Assembly: GCA_046153645.1 (NCBI GenBank)
Contig: JBJXGI010000061.1
Span: 1-56,364 of the forward strand
Source: Elusimicrobiota bacterium
Lineage (GTDB): Bacteria; Elusimicrobiota; Elusimicrobia; F11
Direction of reading: 5' to 3'
Length of the DNA stretch: 56,364 bases
Below, in pieces: positions 27,882 to 39,800 of this stretch. The notes beneath the pieces are model-generated. The model did not search any database. It was not told the origin of the DNA and was given only the letters and a program-made list of their open reading frames with translations. The first letter of the stretch is position 1; each line of letters begins with the position of its first letter. A program made the translations under genes and the position numbers.

Positions 27882-30500
27882 TTACGATTTGGTTTGAAAC
27901 GAAGCCAAAACAGTTTTTGCTTCTGGATCATTCGGTGCAAATGAAAGTGCCTCTTGAATATATTTTTTTGCTTCATCATTTTGACCCAGGGCTTTATATA
28001 TCTGACTTAAATTTGTTAGGGCAATAACAAAACCAGATCGCAAAGAAACCGCCTGTTTAAGAGATTTTATACTCTCTTCTTTTTTCCCAACATAGAATTG
28101 AAGATTTCCTTGCGCAAGAAGCGCATCAGGGCTTTCTGGCATAATACCAACCACTTTTTCTGCAACCACTAAAGCCTCTCTCACTTTCTGCTGATCAGTT
28201 AAATCTTTAATCATTTGCATCATCTTTGGAATTTCAAGAGCAGGGTCATGCTTTTTAAGATCCGCCGCTGCCAAACCCATATTGTGCCACGCCTGAACAA
28301 AAGACAAATCAATTTCGTAAGCTTTTTTATAAGCTGAAAAACTCTTTTCAGTTTGTTTGTCTTGTGAGTAAGAATATCCCAAATTATTCCACAAATCTTT
28401 ATCTCTAGGAAAAACTTGAACAGCCGATTCAAATACGCGCACAGCAGACTTCGTATCCTTTAAATTAAAATAGGCATTGGCTAAAGAACCATAAGCTTCT
28501 TTCACCAAGGGGTTTATAAATAATGCTATTTCCAGATGTTTAATGGTCTCAGGCCAATTCGCTCGTTGTGCTTCACTAATTCCGACATTAAAATAAATTT
28601 CGTCGTATCCGGGGTTTGCTTTGAACGCTTCTTTATAGGCCCATACTGACTTATCAATATATTTCAACCGCTCTTCATTTGATCCCTTTTCCTGAAGAGT
28701 TTTCGCGTACTGAGAATAACTATTGCCCATTTCATAATTTGAATTAACTTCGCCGGGGAACCAAGAGTGCGCCGTTTCTAATGATTTAATTGATTGCTGA
28801 ACAAGACCGGATTTCGATTCTTTAAATCCTTGAAAATACGCCATTTCTTGTTGCCAGCGCTGAAAATAGTAAATAGCAGAAAAAGAAGAAATGAGAGATA
28901 ATGTTGAAACAGCAATAAGTCCGAGTGGTTTTGAAGTTGCTAATTTATGAAATGATTTTTTGGGACTGCTCGTAGCCATGATTCCCATTAACCACCAAAA
29001 TAGAAAAGCTGGAACAGCAAAAAAGATGGAAACATTTCCAGCAAAATTATCTGCCACCATTCCTAGCATACTGGCCAAAAGAGCCGCTGTGATGGGGCGA
29101 GTCATACCCTCATTTTCTTGAGCTTTAAAAATTTTCCAACCATTGGTAAACAATGTAATAAAAAACCATAAAAAAACACCTAACCCCACCATTCCTACTT
29201 GGGCCCAAATTTCGAGTAAAATATTATGGGCATTATTTGCATGGGTTCTCAAAGGGGCCAATAAATTTGTTAATAAAAACTTCCCTTGAAAAAAAGGATA
29301 AAAAAGCTCAAACCCACCCCATCCTATTCCTAAAAACGGCTGAGTTTTCATCATATCCCAGGCACAAGACCAAATAAGAATTCGTTGATGCCAAGGAGCG
29401 TACGTTTCTCCTGATTTAATTGCGGAAAATATTTCTGTGAATCGAGCGATGGGAGAATTAACTCCCGTCACAGGAGTAGATGGAAAAATAAGGACCAAAA
29501 CAAGAAAAACAAAAACTCCGAAAATAATATTTTTTGATCGAAATAACTTCTCTTTATCCACCAAAATAAAAAAGAGTATAAAAAATGAAACCAATAATCC
29601 GACATAAGAGGATCTGGTTAATGTACAAAGCGTAGCAACCACAGAAACCAAGAAAATAAAAAAGTACCCCCACTTTTCTTTTGTCTCCGATTCAATAGAA
29701 AAAACCAAAGCCAAAGGTGACATCATCATTAAGTAGGAAGATAGAAAATTCGGATTCCCAAACGTGGAAACAGGACGCCCACCATAAGGCTGAATTAAAC
29801 TTGCCCAAATAACATCGCGTCCAAAATATTGACTAATGGCATAACTACCGGAACACAGTGTTACAGTAAAGAGCACATGAAACATTCCTTTCATTCCATC
29901 GTTTTTTATTCGGAAAAAAGCGTATAAAAAACCAAGGGTCCAAACAAAAGCACCATAAGTGTCCCACATAACAACCTGAGGATTGGGGTCTTTCATTTGA
30001 TGAAATATAACCCATAAAAAACCCCAGATAAAAGCAAAGATAATGTCGGACCAAATAGAAATTTTTGACTTTTGATCTATAACAATAAATGAGGGGATAA
30101 AAAACGGAAGGAATAAAACAAAAATACTATTGATCAATGTAAATACGGCCACTCGCGTAAATTCAAAAATGAGCCCTGTTCTTACAAACGAATGTGTCAT
30201 GAGAGAAAAAGAACAACTCACCACCAATACAACCAAAATAACGGCAAGCGGTTTATTAAAAGCCAGTCGAGGAAAAAGGAATTCTGATTTTAAAAAGGAA
30301 GACACACAAATAGATAAAGACAATAGGGCAATGCCAATATTTAATAATGCAATTTGAGTGAAATAAGGGTTCCGAGTTAAATTCGTAAAAAAAAGTAACG
30401 GACAAACAAATAAAATGACGGTGAGAAAAAAAGGAATAAGGAACTTCTCGATGAAAGATGAATTATTTCTAGCAACTCCAGGAGAAGTCGAAACTTTCAC
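27882..30500 (-). CDS. O-antigen ligase/O-OTase (Wzy_C) + TPR protein
   Basis: STFGNPNFL, TLTRSSYVG, R.LIW, GIGWG and NAHN motifs, followed by a C-terminal TPR array. Confidence 0.88.
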   Translation of the reverse strand: MKVSTSPGVARNNSSFIEKFLIPFFLTVILFVCPLLFFTNLTRNPYFTQIALLNIGIALLSLSICVSSFLKSEFLFPRLAFNKPLAVILVVLVVSCSFSLMTHSFVRTGLIFEFTRVAVFTLINSIFVLFLPFFIPSFIVIDQKSKISIWSDIIFAFIWGFLWVIFHQMKDPNPQVVMWDTYGAFVWTLGFLYAFFRIKNDGMKGMFHVLFTVTLCSGSYAISQYFGRDVIWASLIQPYGGRPVSTFGNPNFLSSYLMMMSPLALVFSIESETKEKWGYFFIFLVSVVATLCTLTRSSYVGLLVSFFILFFILVDKEKLFRSKNIIFGVFVFLVLVLIFPSTPVTGVNSPIARFTEIFSAIKSGETYAPWHQRILIWSCAWDMMKTQPFLGIGWGGFELFYPFFQGKFLLTNLLAPLRTHANNAHNILLEIWAQVGMVGLGVFLWFFITLFTNGWKIFKAQENEGMTRPITAALLASMLGMVADNFAGNVSIFFAVPAFLFWWLMGIMATSSPKKSFHKLATSKPLGLIAVSTLSLISSFSAIYYFQRWQQEMAYFQGFKESKSGLVQQSIKSLETAHSWFPGEVNSNYEMGNSYSQYAKTLQEKGSNEERLKYIDKSVWAYKEAFKANPGYDEIYFNVGISEAQRANWPETIKHLEIALFINPLVKEAYGSLANAYFNLKDTKSAVRVFESAVQVFPRDKDLWNNLGYSYSQDKQTEKSFSAYKKAYEIDLSFVQAWHNMGLAAADLKKHDPALEIPKMMQMIKDLTDQQKVREALVVAEKVVGIMPESPDALLAQGNLQFYVGKKEESIKSLKQAVSLRSGFVIALTNLSQIYKALGQNDEAKKYIQEALSFAPNDPEAKTVLASFQTKS

Positions 30501-30505
30501 GAAAA

Positions 30506-31540
30506 TTATCTCACAGGCTGAGATAAAGCAGGTTGAAACTTAATATCCGGATCATTGGGTGACAATTGAATGGCCTTTCTCCAAAAAACCTGAGCTTCTT
30601 CTTTTTTATTCACTCGATCCAATAAAAAACCCACTCCTTTTAAAGCTTCGACGTTTTCAGGATTAAATTCAACTGACTTTTTAAAGTTTTCAATGGCCTG
30701 AATCACTTCAGCATTATCTGGATTATAAGGGTTGGGATTAACCGACAAAGCCTTCGTTAAATAAAGTTTCGCTAAACTCTGATGAACTTCTGATAAACGA
30801 GAAGCGGCTGGCGCCCCATAAATTGCTTTACTGAGCGACAAATTCATATCAATACATTTTTGATAAAGGACAATTGCTTTTTCAAAATCTTTCTGCCGAA
30901 CCAAAACCTGAACCATCCGATCGTAGTTTGGAGGGAAAATAGGATCAATCATGGAATAAAGTTCGAAACTTTTGTAGGCCTTCGCATAAAGTTCATCCGC
31001 TTTGGCTTTTTCACCCCAGTTATCAGCAACTTCTCCTTCTTTTAAATACAGCAATCCCACCTGATGGTGAGTCTGCACATAATTAGGTGCCAAAGCTTTG
31101 GTTCTATCATACGCGGCTTCTGATTTATCCCACATTTCTTGAGCTTTCTCGCGCAATCGAATAGCTTCGTCCACCTGACCCTGGGAACGCGCGTTATAGC
31201 TTTCTTGCATTCGTTGACTTCCCCAATCATTATAAACATTACCCGTAAAATACAGAGCCATAGGATAAGCGGGGTTAAGTTTTATGACTGTTTCATAATG
31301 ATCTAAAGCGCCACCCGTTTCTAAATACTTCTCTCTAATATCAATGGGGTACTGGGCCATTTTAGATTCAAAAAGGGGCGCTTTGGTCCAGACGCCTTCT
31401 TTGGAAAAGAATATGGCTAAATTATGATGAACATCAGCGTTAAAATGACCAACAAAAAACGAAGAAATGTAAATTGATCCTAAGCCAACAAAACCTGCCA
31501 AGAGAAATTTAATTAAAAGAATAAATTTATTTGTTTGCAT
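30506..31540 (-). CDS. Membrane-anchored TPR protein
   Basis: N-terminal TM then TPR repeats. ATG 31540 overlaps the upstream stop by 14 bp. Confidence 0.8.
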   Translation of the reverse strand: MQTNKFILLIKFLLAGFVGLGSIYISSFFVGHFNADVHHNLAIFFSKEGVWTKAPLFESKMAQYPIDIREKYLETGGALDHYETVIKLNPAYPMALYFTGNVYNDWGSQRMQESYNARSQGQVDEAIRLREKAQEMWDKSEAAYDRTKALAPNYVQTHHQVGLLYLKEGEVADNWGEKAKADELYAKAYKSFELYSMIDPIFPPNYDRMVQVLVRQKDFEKAIVLYQKCIDMNLSLSKAIYGAPAASRLSEVHQSLAKLYLTKALSVNPNPYNPDNAEVIQAIENFKKSVEFNPENVEALKGVGFLLDRVNKKEEAQVFWRKAIQLSPNDPDIKFQPALSQPVR

Positions 31541-33500
31541 ATTCTTTGCGAATAGAACGTTCAACTAATTCCATCACGCCATAAATCAATATTCCAGTCA
31601 CTACAATAAAGAAATTAATTTGACCAGAAGTGGTATCTCCGTTTTCAATAAACTGCTGAGGGACTAATTCTAATCTCAAAACAAACATAATAATGACCAC
31701 GACAACGGCAATCAAAATCCGAACCCATTTATCATAAGATCTCTCTTTATCAATGTTATAACTATCAGAATGGGTCGCGTTTCTCGCATAGGCCACTAAA
31801 ATACCGGGCAATAAACCACTAAATACTCCAGAGGAAACAAATCGAACAGACACATCAAAACACCAATGGATAAGCGCTCCGATATAGGCCCCTAACACAC
31901 CCAAAAGCTCAAAAGCCCTTGGGTTGCGAGCTTGCATCAGCGTCTTCCCATGAGCCAGGGCCGCATTTTTATATTGTTTCAGGAGTCGCACTCCCAAAAG
32001 GATGGAAAAGAAAATAAGCCAGAAAAAAATACCTATTCCAATAATTCCTTCGTCTTGCCATACTTCTAAATATTCGTCCTCAGCATGGTCGGTTTCTGTA
32101 TTTGATCTTCCTTCTAAAACAATGATTTCCGGTCGACGATGGGCCGGATAAATAACTTTAAATGTTCCCACGCCATTACCAAGAACAGGAGAAGAGCGAA
32201 GCATTTCCCATGTTGATATCCAAGTAAATTGTCTAAAACTAACGGAGGTCAGTCTCTTCGCGGCATATTTAAGGACAAAACCACCAAAACCAATCATCAC
32301 TAAAAGGGCATAAAGATAAAGTAATTTCTTCAAATTCCAAGGCTTTTTTATTCCCCATATTAATGCAATAACGGAGATAAAAACACCAACAGACGAAGCA
32401 ATACCCAGTAAAATTAAACCGACCAGTTCAACAGGTCCTTTTAACACCGGCAAAACAAACTTATAAACTAAAAATAGATTAACCAATAAAAATCCGAGAA
32501 CCAATACGGCTAAATTTTGAAGGTATTTTTTAGCTTCGATGACTATTTCGTTAAATGAAGTGAAATACTCCGTAATAAAGAAAAGGGTTACTCCTGTTGC
32601 GGCAATAAAACCAATCCAAGCACCTTTGGTTTCAGTTGAAATAAGATTGAGAAGCAACATACCAAACAACAACAAATAAAGTGATACGTTTTTATTTTCT
32701 CCCACCTTAAAAACGAGTGAAAGAAAAAAAGCAATAACACAAACTAAAATAAAAAATGAATAGACAATGCTAAAAGCGGGGTCAATCCCCTTAATAGCAA
32801 CCTTATCGACTAAAATAGACAGAATAAATATTGCTCCAATACAGAATATCGGTCGAACCATTTTATCGTTAGTGGCGACGATTCGAGAAATAAGAAATGG
32901 CGTTAATATAACCAGAAAGTTGCCGTAAAAGTTGGGATTCCCAAATGTTGAAAAAACTCGATAAGCAAATGCTTGGCGCCAGATAAAAGGGTCTAAACCC
33001 GTGGGGGTTTTATAAAACATGCGACTATCTAAATATTGAAGGAGCCCATAACCAATCGACACCCAAGCCGCTAACATGAGCCACTTCCAAAGCCTTTGCA
33101 TCTTTACATGCGTGTTAAATTCAGACACAGTAATAATGGCCAACATCATGTAAAAGACTCTTCTCAATGTTTCTTCAAGTGCCCATACTTTATAGGGAGA
33201 ATGCGCAAAGGAAACCAACCCCGATATAAGAAATGCGACAAAAGGAAACACATAAACAAAATCCTTCATCTCAAATGGGAGTTTTCCCTCAAAAATAATT
33301 TTAATAAGCCAAGCGGCAGTTAATAATAGGGCACCAATTTGAGTGACTGTGATTTTAATTTGAGCGGAATCGTAGGTTTTTAAATAAAAACTGATAACCA
33401 CCAGAAAATAAAATAAGGGGAGCGCAAAAGCAATAAATCGCGAACAAAAATCAGCAATAAGCTGACTTATCGAAGTGTTATTTGATTCAGTTTGGATCAT
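31527..33500 (-). CDS. O-antigen ligase-like (Wzy_C) membrane protein
   Basis: FSTFGNPNFYG, TETKGAWIG, RQFTW, GNGVGTF and HAEDEYLE motifs. Confidence 0.85.
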   Translation of the reverse strand: MIQTESNNTSISQLIADFCSRFIAFALPLFYFLVVISFYLKTYDSAQIKITVTQIGALLLTAAWLIKIIFEGKLPFEMKDFVYVFPFVAFLISGLVSFAHSPYKVWALEETLRRVFYMMLAIITVSEFNTHVKMQRLWKWLMLAAWVSIGYGLLQYLDSRMFYKTPTGLDPFIWRQAFAYRVFSTFGNPNFYGNFLVILTPFLISRIVATNDKMVRPIFCIGAIFILSILVDKVAIKGIDPAFSIVYSFFILVCVIAFFLSLVFKVGENKNVSLYLLLFGMLLLNLISTETKGAWIGFIAATGVTLFFITEYFTSFNEIVIEAKKYLQNLAVLVLGFLLVNLFLVYKFVLPVLKGPVELVGLILLGIASSVGVFISVIALIWGIKKPWNLKKLLYLYALLVMIGFGGFVLKYAAKRLTSVSFRQFTWISTWEMLRSSPVLGNGVGTFKVIYPAHRRPEIIVLEGRSNTETDHAEDEYLEVWQDEGIIGIGIFFWLIFFSILLGVRLLKQYKNAALAHGKTLMQARNPRAFELLGVLGAYIGALIHWCFDVSVRFVSSGVFSGLLPGILVAYARNATHSDSYNIDKERSYDKWVRILIAVVVVIIMFVLRLELVPQQFIENGDTTSGQINFFIVVTGILIYGVMELVERSIRKEYANK

Positions 33501-33592
33501 TGCGCATCAATAAATCATATTTGCAACACCACGTAAAGAAAAGGAATTTGTTTTTCTTTCTAATTCTGCTAGGATTCTGTCCTTCTTACGAA

Positions 33593-33667
33593 GGAGCCGT
33601 GGTGTAGCTCGGTTAACACGTTGCCCTGTCAAGGCAAAGACCGCGGGTTCAAATCCCGTCGGCTCCG
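33593..33667 (+). tRNA. tRNA-Asp(GTC)
   Basis: Full cloverleaf: acceptor GGAGCCG/CGGCTCC, anticodon GTC at 33628-33630, T loop TTCAAAT. CCA is not encoded. Confidence 0.96.
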
Positions 33668-33749
33668 TACCATTCTATTTAATTATTTAGGATGGTATGC
33701 TCATGCTAATTTCAATTTAAAAATCGTTCATAGCATGAGAAAATAGAAG

Positions 33750-33774
33750 GTAAATTTTTCTTCGAAAAATTTAC
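33750..33774. other. Perfect 11-bp hairpin abutting the tRNA-Phe 5' end
   Basis: GTAAATTTTTC-TTC-GAAAAATTTAC. A second IR, CTCATGCTA/TAGCATGAG, lies at 33700-33739. Confidence 0.5.
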
Positions 33775-33847
33775 GCCAAGGTAGCTCAGTCGGTAGAGCA
33801 CACGCCTGAAAAGCGTGGTGTCGCCAGTTCGATTCTGGCCCTTGGCA
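33775..33847 (+). tRNA. tRNA-Phe(GAA)
   Basis: Acceptor GCCAAGG/CCTTGGC, anticodon arm CACGC-CTGAAAA-GCGTG, T loop TTCGATT. Confidence 0.96.
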
Positions 33848-36800
33848 CGCTTTTCTCCCCACTTCTAGGCGTTCTTCAGGATAATCTGATGTATCTTCAG
33901 AATATTTTTAAGCATATGTGAGGTCAAAAGTTTCCCATTCAGTGTTTCATTCAATGTCGCAATCAGCAGCGTTCTCACCACATTTTCTGGCAAGTCCACA
34001 TCAAAAGCCATTCCATCCGGCAAAATCAAAAGCGAATCGGACAATCCATTTCCCACCCATTCATCTAAGTGTTGATGGATAAGACTTAATTGAAGCCGTC
34101 CCTGCTTATCCAGCCCTACCTTGGCATTCACAGCAAATACAGGGCGACGCTCATTGACAATCTTCTTAATGACAGTCAGTTTATCTATGTCTTCTGGTCC
34201 TTTTATGATCACCACAACTTGTTTGATCAATTCCTCGGACGACTCAAACATTTGGGTCAACGTTTTTTCTGGAACGCCCAATCGGCTCAATTCATAGAGA
34301 AGATCAATAAATTGATTGGGAGAAATTTGCTGATCTTTCAGTTCTGTCTGAAGACGTTTTTCAAACTGCTCAAAGAATCCAGTCTCATCAATATCGGGAT
34401 CGCCTAAAACCACCGCTAAAGAGGTGCTACCAGGAGAAGAAATGAGACGACTCACATATACTTCAGCATCGGGAGATAACGTTAATAATTGCTGAAGCAC
34501 CTTTCCGTATTCGGCGTTTTTTACTTCTAAATTTCCTGGTGAGAACAAAATCTTGATAAGACTATCTATAGTGCTCGCGTAATTTGGCGCAGTTTCTTCT
34601 TCAACAGGACTAAGATTTACTTTTGAATCAGCAATGGTTTGTACACCTTCACCTAAAGAAAAATTCGCCAGAACATCTTTCCCTGGCCATTCTCCGGCAA
34701 GTTTATCCGCTATATCGTATTCAGCTAATAATCCCTCTGCTTCGAATTTCTTTTTAATTCTTGAAATGACACTAACTGGATCAACCAAATCTCCTAATAT
34801 TTGAAGAATAAGACCTTCAAAAACTTCTGACGGTGATTCATACTTGGAATCGCGAGTGATGCTTACGCGCATCAAAGAGGGGAGCCCATCGACAGCTAAT
34901 GTATCCGTAATATTTGTATTTTTAAAAGCTACTCTGGTTAATGATTTGCATGCTTCGAGTCCTGCTATATCATCCAAAGGAGAATTATTAATAATAAGTA
35001 TTTCTAATTTTTTCATTCTGTCCATTCTTGGCAGGGCTCTAATACCTGACGATTCAATATGTATTTCTTTCAATCCTCGAATCCTGGTGAGAGGAGAAAT
35101 ATCCACCAAACTGGGATTGTCTCCATACAAGAATAAGGATAAAAGATCTGGAAGATACATATCTATAGCTTTGGGGATGTTGATTTGAGGAGCTCGAATT
35201 GTGATCATATTTTCTGCTCGCCAAACCAGGATCTCGCCATATTGATCCTCGTCTTTGTCAGAATTCATTTCTTGTACACGCACATTCATATCGGGATTGG
35301 CTTCTTTAATTAATTTTTTAGCATATTCAATTTGTTGATCTATTGAAATTAGAGGAGGAATGTTTTTGGTTTTTTCATACTGATCTGTAAATACTTGGAC
35401 ATCTGGACGATGCAATAAAAAATACCGAATTTCTTGTGGAGAAAATCCACTATCTTTTATTTTTAAATATTGCAGTTCCTTGATTCCCTCCAAAGAAACC
35501 AGACGCTGATCACGCATTTCCCCACTGTTAGGAAATATCAAAATCTGAATAGGCCCCTCAAGAAAATGGATAAGCTCAATATCCCAAAAGAGAGTTTGTG
35601 AGAAATCATATCCTAGAAAACTTTTTACATAAGGGTCTCCATTCGGACGAACACTGGGATAAAACTTAAGGATACGTTTGGTTGTCTCCTTATTGGAAAA
35701 ATCAAGCCACTTTTGATCAAATTCTTTTTTGACTTTAAAAATTCTGCGCGTTGGTTTTACTAATATTTTCGTCCCTGTATTAAACTTCAAATTCGGATTA
35801 GGATGCCTGGAAAGAATGTATTCGATTTGTTCTTCAGATATTAGGCCCAAATCACACGTCACAGATTGTAAATAGGGCATTTTAAGAAGTGGCCTTAAAT
35901 CATAGACAAGTGTATTAGAGATATCTAAAACATTAACACCATTTCCCTTCAAAGGCCTGAGATCGTAAACCAATGTATTGGATACATTTACATGCCGGAA
36001 TTGATTTATGAACTTGACCTGTTCCAACTGGGAAACTGGAACATTATTAGCTTTAAATTCCCATTCTCCGTTTTGTTGACTTAACAATGTAATTTTTACT
36101 TTGGCGTTTTCTATCCGTGGTTTTTCCTCTTCAATTAGAGCGTTAACTTCAGCGGGTGTGAATTCCGGCTTATACTTGTCATAAGTTTCAGGCACCAAGT
36201 TAGTGGATGAGAATTCCCGACCATACCAATTGACTTTTAATTCTCGATTAGGATGTTTTTCGAGAATATTATTTATATCCGCGCTTTTTAAATTTAGCTT
36301 TCCCAAATCAACAGATTGAAGATAACTGAGTCGAAGCAAGGGCTCAATATTTTTAACGTAAGTTTCATAAATGTTTAATTTATTAATTTCCGAACGAGCG
36401 AAGGTCAACATTTCTAAATTTTGTAATACTCTATCGTTTAAATCGATGGATCCCTCATCAAGAGTTATCTCAAACCATGACAGGATGCGTGATAACCTTT
36501 CCAGTCTTTGAGCTGGTGTCAGGTTAAGGTCCGAATATCTTTGAGGCGAATCAGTAATATTCTCATGATCTATTTTTAACCCATCCTTAATTATCTCTAT
36601 ATGTTTTCCATTGGGATGATGTTTTAAAAGCCATGCAATTTGACCCAGGGTAATAAATTGATCTGAAAATATAAGAGTTTTCAGATTTTCACATCCAATC
36701 AACGGTTCCAAATCAAAAATCAAGGATCCAGAAATATCGACTGTGGAAACACTTGATCCCATAAATGGTGAAAGGTCTTGAATAAAAGAGCCCTTCAGAG

Positions 36801-39800
36801 AAATGCCCAAGAGATGCTTCATCTTTCCCAATTCTGGAATGGGATAATTAACATTTGCCATGTCCCAGTAATAACCATCTTGCTCAGTATCCATTGTTAT
36901 TTGGGGTTTATAGCGCTTCTTCCAGTTTTCGAAGTATTCAACTTCTTCTTCAATTGTTAATGGTCGTTCCAAAGGTGGCGGTTCATTAATAGTTTCCAGA
37001 AGCCATCTTATGGAACGATTAAGATAAAGGTCTCCAACCAAATTTAAAAGTTCTGTATCAGTCACAAAAGATGTCGGACCAAATTGCAGGAGAGATTGCA
37101 TTTGATGATCGGGAATGGAATCTTTGGTAGTAATCACCCTGAAACCATTTTCATAGAGATGCTGGAGAATGGCGTGCGTGGTACTATAGGACTCATATTC
37201 TCTTTCTAAACGAACAACAACTTGTTTTTTGATTAGTTTTTCCTGTCCTCCTGCTCGGACAAAACCATTGGAGGGATCACTTAAAAATTGCTGAATATCA
37301 TCTAAGTCGCCATCAGGCCCATACGTATTTGCAGCCACTACTTTTTTCTCTATAAATTGCTGGAACGCTTTATTAATTCCAGATATTTCTTGGTTGGCCA
37401 CATAGAATATTGCGGATCGTACCTGACCCGCAGCAAACCCCGCATAACTAACCAAAACGGCACTTTTCTCTTTTTGATAAAAACTCTCTGGTTCAAGATC
37501 TATTTTCCCTCCTTCATTATGAAATCCCCCCTGTGGAGGCTTAAACTTTCTTTCAATTTCATCGAGTCTTTTCCCGATAGGTTTAGGTGCTTTCCGCGGC
37601 CATAATCTTGAGATAAGCGTGAAAACCAATAACACTAAACTGCTGACAATAAGGATAACAGAAAAAGTAAAAGCCAAATTTTCACTTCTAAATGAAGCCG
37701 CCATCTTTTCTACGAAAGTAAGAGCGGGCCGCTTGGGCGCAGACAAGACATCACCTTTTGTAGGAGAAGCATTTGCTGGAATAGGAGCAGTCATATCTTT
37801 TGGAAGCTCCGCTTTAGCGGGCGGAGTAATGTCTTTGGGAAGCTCAATATTGGGTAGAACGCTTACATCTTTCGCATTTTGAGTTATATCGCTGGAAGGA
37901 GATGTAACATTACTTACATCTTTGAAGTCAATTCCATTAAAAACCAAGAAAACGATGACACCCAAAATAAGTATTCCCCCAAACCAAAAGATCAATCTGG
38001 GGATCCTACGTCCTGCAGGTTTTTCCGATAAGGCTTCTTCTTCAGTCATCCGTTCTAACTTACGAATAGCTTGATTAATTTTTTCTAAAATTTTTTCTGA
38101 TTTTTTATTGAGCTTTAGATCACTAAGTTTATCTAGCTTCGTTTTAACGGATAACGGGTGTGTAACAGAAAAACGAGACCGCATTTCAACCAACGCAGCG
38201 GCACTTAAACTATCTGAATAAACCAATGCCTTTTCCATTCCCTCCATATCAGCGACCAATGCTTTCTTCGTGTCGGCCATAGAAACGTTTCTCTTCTCCG
38301 CCAATTGTTGTTTCTTTTCTTCCACACTTACCACTGGTACCGAGGCGGGATCAATATTCGTAGGGGAAACATCTTCACTCCCCAAAACATCAATTGTCAT
38401 TGGTTTTTCTAAAAACTCACTTTCGACAGTTTGCAAAGATGCGATTCCCGGAATTCCCGCTTTAGGCGAAGGCAACGTGGGAGCAGGATTAGCAGAAGAA
38501 AATTCCTTGAGGCTTAAAAAATCGTCATACATTTCTTCCATAAGCACCAATGCTTGATGTTGTGCTTCAAGGACGTCTATTTCATAAAAAGATTTCGGAA
38601 TAGAATTTTTGATTTCCATCGTGCGATCCAAATGGTTTTTATTTTCGGATCCTGTTTTTGTGATCATTAAAAGAAAAGGATTAACCTCAAAAAAACCTTC
38701 ACATATCTCGGCCATATCTGAAATTTGCTTTTGTGTTAACAGTCCCTTTACATAGGCCCTGAGAGTCAACTGAAATATTCCTCGAACAGAGATGGGATTC
38801 TGTTGATTTAACCATGCGAACAAACCGCCATCTTCTCGTCCCCGTTTACTATCAGAGCCATCCAAATCTAGGTTGCGAATAATATTGGAGATCCTTTCTT
38901 CTTTAGGATTTGGCTTAAAAGCGCGAGAGGCTGAAAAATATGTATTAAAAGCATTTAAGTGGCGCAAATCTTCAAGGTCCTGATAAAGGTCATCAAATAT
39001 GCCTGAAAATTTTTCATCAAAATATTCAAATTCACGAGTGAATAAGCTATGGCTTAACTCGTGATCAAAAGAAGGCTGCCAAAAATTATTGATGAAACGT
39101 TCCTCAGGAATACCAATACGATTTTTCGCTAAATTGTTATAAGCTCCTTTCCTTTTTTTCTCTTTCACTACTTCAAAGGGCGTTCTTCCTTTCGGCAGGA
39201 GCGCACTTCCCACTTTTGAAAGGACCAAAACATTATCTTCCCGAATTTTTTCAGTAACCAGCAATAATTCTTCAGAGGAAGGGAATTTTTCCCCATTTAA
39301 TAAGTATTTAAGAAAGAAAGCGTAGTTTTCTGCCACAACGGAAGCGACGTCACGGATAGGATCTTGATTCAACATATCGACAATGTTCAAAATGTCGCGC
39401 GTGGTTGGATGATATTGAACATCTTCAATAGAATTTCGGATAAAAATATGGGCTTTCACAATATATTTTCGATCAACCACGGAAAGGGCAGGCAACTTAG
39501 ACTCAAGAATCTCCGTTAACTCCTGCTCGTTGTAATCATCCTCTCGTTGATAAACAACACGGTTCTGAAGTGCTGTGGAAAGTTTCTCACGTCCACTAAA
39601 ATGAGAAGAGTTCATTGTCCCAATAAAGAAAAATCCTTCTTTGGCCTCACCTGTTAAAACATCATTGAGTTTCCCTTCCAAGATAGAAGAAGGCAGAAAA
39701 TTCAGTTCGCTAACAACCACAATGGAACCTTCAATCTTGGCCTGGTTAATCACTTTTTCAAGTTCATCAAAATCGAATGAACCATTCAGGAAATAACATT

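Noticed and set aside
14108..33667. Functional clustering of tgt/queA with tRNA-Asp(GUC)
   Set aside because: They are 17 kb apart, and ruv-queA-tgt-yajC-secDF is ordinary synteny.
37780..37860. ELPKD(I/M)T tandem repeat in giant 1
   Set aside because: A short low-complexity linker duplication with no further structure.
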